Below are positions 57,371 through 64,000 of a stretch of 64,000 bases of DNA, piece after piece. The stretch lies in assembly GCA_036785375.1 (NCBI GenBank), contig JAWMAR010000363.1, positions 1,922,001 through 1,986,000 on the forward strand, written 5' to 3'. This DNA comes from Leucoraja ocellata. Its lineage: Eukaryota. The notes beneath the pieces were generated by a model. That model did no database searches. It was not told the DNA's origin and saw nothing but the letters and a program-made list of their open reading frames with translations. Position numbers and translations under genes: made by a program. Position 1 is the first letter of the stretch, and each line of letters begins with the position of its first letter.

Positions 57371-59137
57371 TGTGCTCGATAGGGCAAAGGTCATAAGGTC
57401 CTCCGTGATAGGAGTAGATTTAGACCATTCAGCCCATCAAGCCTGCTCCGCCATTCAATCATGGCCGATCTATCTCTCTCTCCTTGCCCCAAACTCCTGC
57501 CTTCTCCCTATAACCTCTGAGATCTGTTCCAATTCCGTATCTCTATCTCTAAACTGATATGGGTAAGAAGGGAGTTGAGGGAAATAAGGAGGGCACATGC
57601 TCGGAATCAAGATGGAATGTGGAACATGGAGAGAGAGTGATAATGGAAGAACACTAACTGGAAGGAAATGAAATGGAATGATAGAGGAAAGATGGTGAAA
57701 AAGGAGAGGTGTGATAGAGTTGTAGCCACGGATTACTTATTACTTAAGTATATATTCAGCCTCATAGGATAGGGCATAGGAGTTCTGGAGACACATAAGA
57801 CTGTAAATGCTTATGCAGCATTTTTTTAATTCCGGTCTAACCCTTCCTCAATTGTGGAAACATTGTTCAAACAATACTATCTGTCATCTGTGCTTTGGTA
57901 TCCTTCAGTTGATTGAGCATAGATCCTGGGAGAAAAAGGACAGAACATGGGATCCTGATTTGAACCCATCAATTTCTTGCTTGCATCTTAATTATGGCAG
58001 GTACATCCATAACCTTCACCATATTTCTGGCATAACAGGTAAATCCGCTCTTTTTCTTCCTTAGGCTCCAAATTCTACAATCAGCTCCAAATGTCTCACG
58101 GCAGGGCATGTTTTGCATTGCTAATCATTTGTTTTTCCCCTCGATCACTGGTTTGTTTGTCTGGCGTTTTGCCTGTTGAGTCTTGGTTTCACTTTGGCTG
58201 AAAGTGAGATTGCAAAAAGAAAGCAATCCATCTAAGTTTATCTCAAATAAGCATTACACAGTGCAAAATGATGAGAAAGTTTCAATTAAATTGATATTTA
58301 TTTGGTAAAGAATGGATAAAGTATAAATATGCTCGTTTACACTTCGGCAGTTCTTTTTTTCTTGGGCAGTTCTTTGATGGGTTGTTTTGACTTAGTTCTA
58401 AGATTGATTAATTAACATGGCTGTTGTCATTCATAACACAAAAGACACAGAGACAGAGGGGCTTAAAGGGATGGGCATGTTTAGGTCTAGGTTCATGATT
58501 GTTACTTGTAAGGTAAAGCTTTTATTTGTGTGCTATCCAATCAAATCTGGTAATATTATAAATGAATACAATGAAGCCAAACACAAAAGGCAGAGCAATG
58601 GGAAAGATAACAGAGAGCAGAATAGAATTCTCAACATTTTAGTTGAACAGTTCCAGATAAAAAGTCCAACGTCCACGATGAGGCAGGTTGGAGAATCGGG
58701 AATGTACCCTAGTTTATAGAAGGACCGTTCAGAAGTCTACCACAGAATACCTATGCTGAATTTTGGCTAATACCTGATGAAAGGACGAGGTCTAGTGACA
58801 TCCAAATGCTTCTCCATTTTGAGTTGTTATGCACCAGTTATATGTTTTCATTGGATGCTTTGAGAATAATTTCTTCTTCACATTGCAGTCCCTTGTCAGA
58901 GTCTGGGAGTCTGATCTTGGGCTTGCTATTGATATACCTTCCCACTGGAGCCAACTAAGAGTAATTAGAGGTGAAGACGTTGGCATTGCTTTTCTTATCC
59001 TGCAAATGAATGTGGATAATTTTGCAGATACAGCGTTGATGGTACCTCTCTTATGCTCTGAGGTGCCTTATGTAGAGAAAGTTAAGGATCATTGTTGTGG
59101 TAGATAATAAGCCTTGTGCTGGAGCTGAGGATTTTTC

Positions 59138-59447
59138 AGTTTTAGTTTTAGTTGTAGAGATACAGTATGGAAACAGGCCCTTCCGCCCCACGAGTCCACG
59201 CCAACCAGCAATCCCCGTACACTAGTACTAACACTAGGCACAATTTATAATTCTTACCGAACCCAATTGACCTCCAAACCTGTACTTCTTTGGAGCGTGG
59301 GAGGAAACCAGAGCACCCGAGGAAAACCCACGTGGTCACAGGGAGAATGTACAAACTCTGTGTGGACAGCACTGTGTGGATAGCACGTAGTCAGGATTGA
59401 ACCTGGGTCTCTGGCGCTGTAAGACTACTGCTGCGTCACCATGCCGC
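59138..59447 (-). mobile_element. HE1-like V-SINE
   Basis: Reverse copy with tail. Confidence 0.8.
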
Positions 59448-60659
59448 TGAACAGGTCTTCATCTTCCAATGTCCTTCTCCGCTAACATAAACTGTGAGGC
59501 ACTGACAGCTGCTTAAACAGGAGTAAAATCGGGTATGCACGTATGAATTTCTGATTGACACTTCCCTTCAAAAATGTGAACTATGCTGTAAAATGAGCTT
59601 TTGTTTACATAATAGGATTGTGCTAATAAGTTCCAACACCAAATAGATTTGAATTCAATTGAGGCCCTGTTGACAACAGGCTGCTAACACACAGAAACTT
59701 ACTATGTGCATTGAAAACAGGCCAAGCTGGTTTTGAAGCCCCTTTGAAGGTTGCCATTCTTCTGTGTAATTGCACTGATTTAGCTGAGCAAACCATTACA
59801 CAGTGCAGACTGCACGAGTAAAACATTTCCTCAACGTATATTTCCCTCCAGCACTGGCTATTTACTCCTACAGTATTACATAGGATCATAGAAAATGACA
59901 TGGTTGCTTACCATTTAAACTCCCCTTCCCATTCCTATGCTGACCTTAGATTCAAGTTTCAAGATTCAAGAGAGTTTATTGTCATGTGTCCCAGATAGGA
60001 CAATTAAATTCTTGCTTTGCTTCAGCACAACAGAATTATAGAAGGCATGAATACGGAACAGATAAGTGTGTCCATATACCATTGTATAAATATATACACA
60101 CATATACATGCAGTCTTCAGGCTCCTGTACCTTCTACCTGAAGGTAGCGGGGAGATGAGTGTGTGGCCAGGATGATGCTGCCAGCCTTTTTGATAGACAC
60201 AAAAAGCTGGAGTAACTCAGCGGGAGCATCTCAGGAGAGAAGGAATGGGTGACATTTGGGAGTGGAGTCCCTTCAGACTGGTTAGGGATAAGGGAAACGA
60301 GAGATATAGATGATGATGTAGAGAGGTAATGATCAATGAATGAAAGATATGCAAAAAACTAACGATGATACAGGCCATTGTTAGCTGTTTGTTGGGTGAA
60401 AACGAGAAGCTGGTGTGACTTGGGTGGGGGAGGGATAGAGAGAGACTGAATGCCGGGATTACTTGAAGTTAGATCCCATCCCGCTAATTCACAGTGCCAC
60501 TCACTGGCTTCAGGGAACGCATTAAAAATAAGGCCTGGCTTGTGAATAAGAAGCTGAAGCCTCTTAACAGTAGGAGTCTACCACATCACCTTATTGCACC
60601 AACAATGCCTTGGCCCAAATATTCACTATAGCTTCTGCTCTCTAAGCGATTTGATCTAC

Positions 60660-60985
60660 AGTATTTTCCGCTAGTGGGAAAGTCTAGGACTAGCGGTCTC
60701 AGAATTAATGGATGTTCCTAAAGGAAAGAGATGAGGAGGAATTTCTTTTGCCAGAAGATGGTGAATCTGTAGAATTCATTGCCACAGAAGGCTGTGGAGG
60801 CCAAGTCAATGGATATCTCTTCGATAGATTCTTGATTAATACGAGTGTCAGGGGTTATGGGGAAAAGGCAGGAGAATTGGGTTACGGGGGAGGAGATAGA
60901 TCAGTCATGACTGAATGGCGGTGTTGACTTGATGGGCCAAATGGCCTAATTCTGTAATTTATGACCTTCTGACCTTCTTACCTTA
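60660..60985 (+). mobile_element. CR1 LINE 3' end
   Basis: [24 protein letters not shown] and a CR1 3' UTR. Confidence 0.8.
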
Positions 60986-62069
60986 TGACTTTATTTTGGG
61001 TATAACCCAATCCAGAACAAGAGCCACACAGTTGCACAAGCTCACAGGTCAATAACGTAAAGTGACAGTTTCTCAACCATTGCACCTTGACCAGTTCTTT
61101 TCTTATTCCATTTTATAATTTAAGAACATACTTGGAATCCAAAATTTCTCTCTGCTAAGTCAACTTTTAACCATTGCTAAAGTTACAAAATCAATTTGAA
61201 TTGTAACCAGATAAATTCATGATAAATTGGACCTATAATCTCAAAGGAAGATTTTCTATTCCAATAGATTTTTTAACAACCCTAAGATATTTTTAATTGA
61301 TGAATTAATTACTGTATCTACTAGTGATGAAGCAGACATATTGTACCCAGTAAGATCCCAGGAACATCAAGAAGATAATGATCAGATAATGTTTTTTAGT
61401 GATGTTAATTTGGGAATAAATAGTGATTTGGATCCTGAAGGGAACTCTCTTGTTCTCCTGATTCCAGAGTAACGTATAACGTACCAGAGCTAACACGTAA
61501 GGTTATCGGCACACACCATTCTAACATTTTTAATGAGTTGAAATGTATTACCAGTTACATTGCATTTGAATATTTGATAAAAGTTCATTGACAGTGTGCA
61601 TTCTAAGTAAACTTCAATTAACTTGAAGATCTATACCTGGTCAAGAACATGATCCAGATCTCTATTCTTGAGATTGTTGGGGCTTCTAAAAGTATTTAGA
61701 ATCAACACAATGGGAATACAATTAGTTTCTGAGTGAAGATATATGGAAAATAAACATATTTGACGCAGAAGTACGAATGTTAATATGAATAAGTACAAGT
61801 TGATATTTAATACTATGGAGATGGTACAGAGACTAAATTGAATACTTTGGTCAATAAACTAAAGCTCCAGATATGATGCCATTTGTGACTCCCCCAGTCA
61901 CTAATTGGTCATTAATAGCTTAGGACTTACCGAGCTTCCAAGACGACGTACAGTAAGAAAAATCTAGAGCGTGGGGTTGAATTCCGTGCTAGAGCTGGTG
62001 GCAGATGTAGGATGAAGAAAATCTACCGTACATATCAGAGTCCAAAAAAGGATTTTCATGACACTTTCA

Positions 62070-62380
62070 GCAGCACGGTGGCACAGCTGGTAGATCTTCT
62101 GCCTCACCGCGCCAGAGACTCAAGTTCGATCCTGACCTCAGGTGCTGTCTGTGTGGAGTTTGCACGTTCTACCAGTGACTGTGTGGGTTCCTGCTGAGTG
62201 CTCTGGTTTACTCCCACATCCCTAAGATGTGCAGGTTTGTAGGTTAAATGGCGTCTGTAAATTGCTCCCTAGTGTGTGGGGAGTGGATATGAAAGTGGGA
62301 TAACATAGACCTAGTGTGAAAGGCTGATTGGGTGGACCGAAGGACCTGTTTTCATGCTGTTTCTCTGAGCTAAGCTAAAA
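62070..62380 (+). mobile_element. HE1-like V-SINE
   Basis: GCAGCACGGTGGCACAG head, B box and tail. Confidence 0.8.
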
Positions 62381-63221
62381 GCTTTAAAAGAATCACAACA
62401 CGTGACTTATTCCTATTTCTATTCCAATCACCACACACATAACCATCATGGGTAAATAAGTCATTCATTGTTACACTACTCTTTTGAACCAATCCTAAAT
62501 TGAAGCGACTAAAAACAGGAGGCTAAGTCACATGCCGATTGTGAGTGACCGTGTTGCTAAATTTATCATTGCTATTTTAACAATTTATGAGGAATGATGT
62601 ATTCATCTCATCTAAATGTGAAACTATCAATCATCCATCGTATGGGGGTCAATGCAAAACAATTCCCAATGCACAGCTCACTCTCTATGCTACTGACCTG
62701 AATACTTTAATATTAGGATGGAGAGAACAGTTCTTATTCAAGCCTTGAATGTCTGCTCTAATTCATTTTGTGAATTAACTAGAATAGGAAAGGAAATGCA
62801 AAAGAGCCATTTTCTGATTGTTTAAAACGTGATGTTAAATTAGGCAACACAGGAAGACTTCAAGATCCAGTTGAGTGCATAAATGTACATCAACACAGCT
62901 GAATGGTGTGGAATTATCAGTGAGACCTTTTTCATCTGTGATGTCAAACAAACATGGCGTCTGCTCTTTAATTTGGATGCAAATGTTCCCATGACAAAAT
63001 GTTGTAAAACAACAGGGTGTATCCAAAGTTTCCATCCAATACTTATGCTACGATGAAAATGTGTCCGTTGCAAATTGACTGCCACGTTCCGAGCATTGCG
63101 AGATTACGAGACGTTAAGACAATGTTGGCTGTAGAGCACTTTGGGAAAGACCATGGCTGTGAATGGTGTCGGAAAGTTGGCATATTGTAGTAAAAATGAA
63201 CTGCAGATGCTAGTTTACACC

Positions 63222-63420
63222 AGATATAGACACAAACTGCTGGAGTAACTCTGCGTGTCTAGCTGCATCTCTGGAAAAAATGGATAAATGATATTTTGTG
63301 TTGGGATCCTTCTTCAGACTCAGAATCTGAAGAGGGATCCTGACCCAAAATGTCAACGATCCATTTTCTCCAGAGATGCTGCCAGACCGGCTGAGTTACT
63401 CCAGCACTTTGTATTTATCT
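63222..63420. mobile_element. Inverted (hairpin) Penelope-derived element
   Basis: Two head-to-head copies meet at CTTCTTCAGACTCAGAATCTGAAGAAG. Confidence 0.75.
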
Positions 63421-64000
63421 TCGGAAAGTTGTGTTTACCATGATTCGTTCTGAGCAGGAAGAAATTAGAAACACCCAAACAGAAATATCACTTGGAACTG
63501 AACTATATATATATTTGCATAATATATACTTCTAACAGTGCTTGGCATTATCCCTACCGTGCAGTTCAACAATTCTCAAAAAACATAAATAGATCTTAAG
63601 GAAACAAAGGCTTGAGTGGTAGAGACTGTTTCCTGTGGTCTGACAGCTGTAACAGCATACCATGGGAAGCTATTCAAGCTGTTGTGTGCAAGCAGTGTTT
63701 ATACTGCCAAATTAAATTGTAATTGTCGTCTTCATGTTCTTGGTGCCTTGTGTAGTTCTAAATCAACATTGGACAAATTTAGCAAGGCTACATCAAAGTA
63801 GGGCAGGGGAAAAAAAACAAGAATCCTGAAATTACAATGCACTATTCAGTATATGAGCTTGTACTTTGAAACGTATCTCTTTGCCCATGCTTTTTGTCAC
63901 ACGGGCTAATCTCAGTGTGGTTTAATGTCAGACTTTGCCTTTAAACACGCATTGAAAAGCTTAGGGGTAAATTTACAATATTACAATCACGAAATACATG

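Overview
This is eukaryotic, repeat-rich DNA, most likely from a cartilaginous fish such as a skate or ray (inferred from abundant HE1-like V-SINEs with CR1-type tails and from CR1, Rex1, Tx1 and Penelope relics). It has two assembly gaps (16077-16276 and 19207-19351). The one host gene I can support is a complete six-exon Islet-family LIM-homeodomain gene on the + strand: CDS 10008-10080, 27132-27321, 28475-28731, 30463-30737, 34317-34451 and 35188-35304 (1047 nt, 348 aa). It keeps the ISL1/ISL2 intron phases but is far more diverged than ISL1 and ISL2 are from each other, so it is probably a third, fast-evolving Islet paralogue. Its 17-kb first intron holds a nested transposon stack: an L2 carrying a DNA element with 6-bp TSDs, a Vingi-like LINE, a Harbinger-like MITE and a 34-bp palindrome. 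Other notable items are Penelope-derived elements with minimal hammerhead ribozyme cores, a GC-rich non-coding retroelement family with Rex1-type 3' hairpins, and an old local duplication at about 46-52 kb. Comparisons with known proteins are from memory, not from database searches. Repeat boundaries are approximate unless a TSD is quoted.
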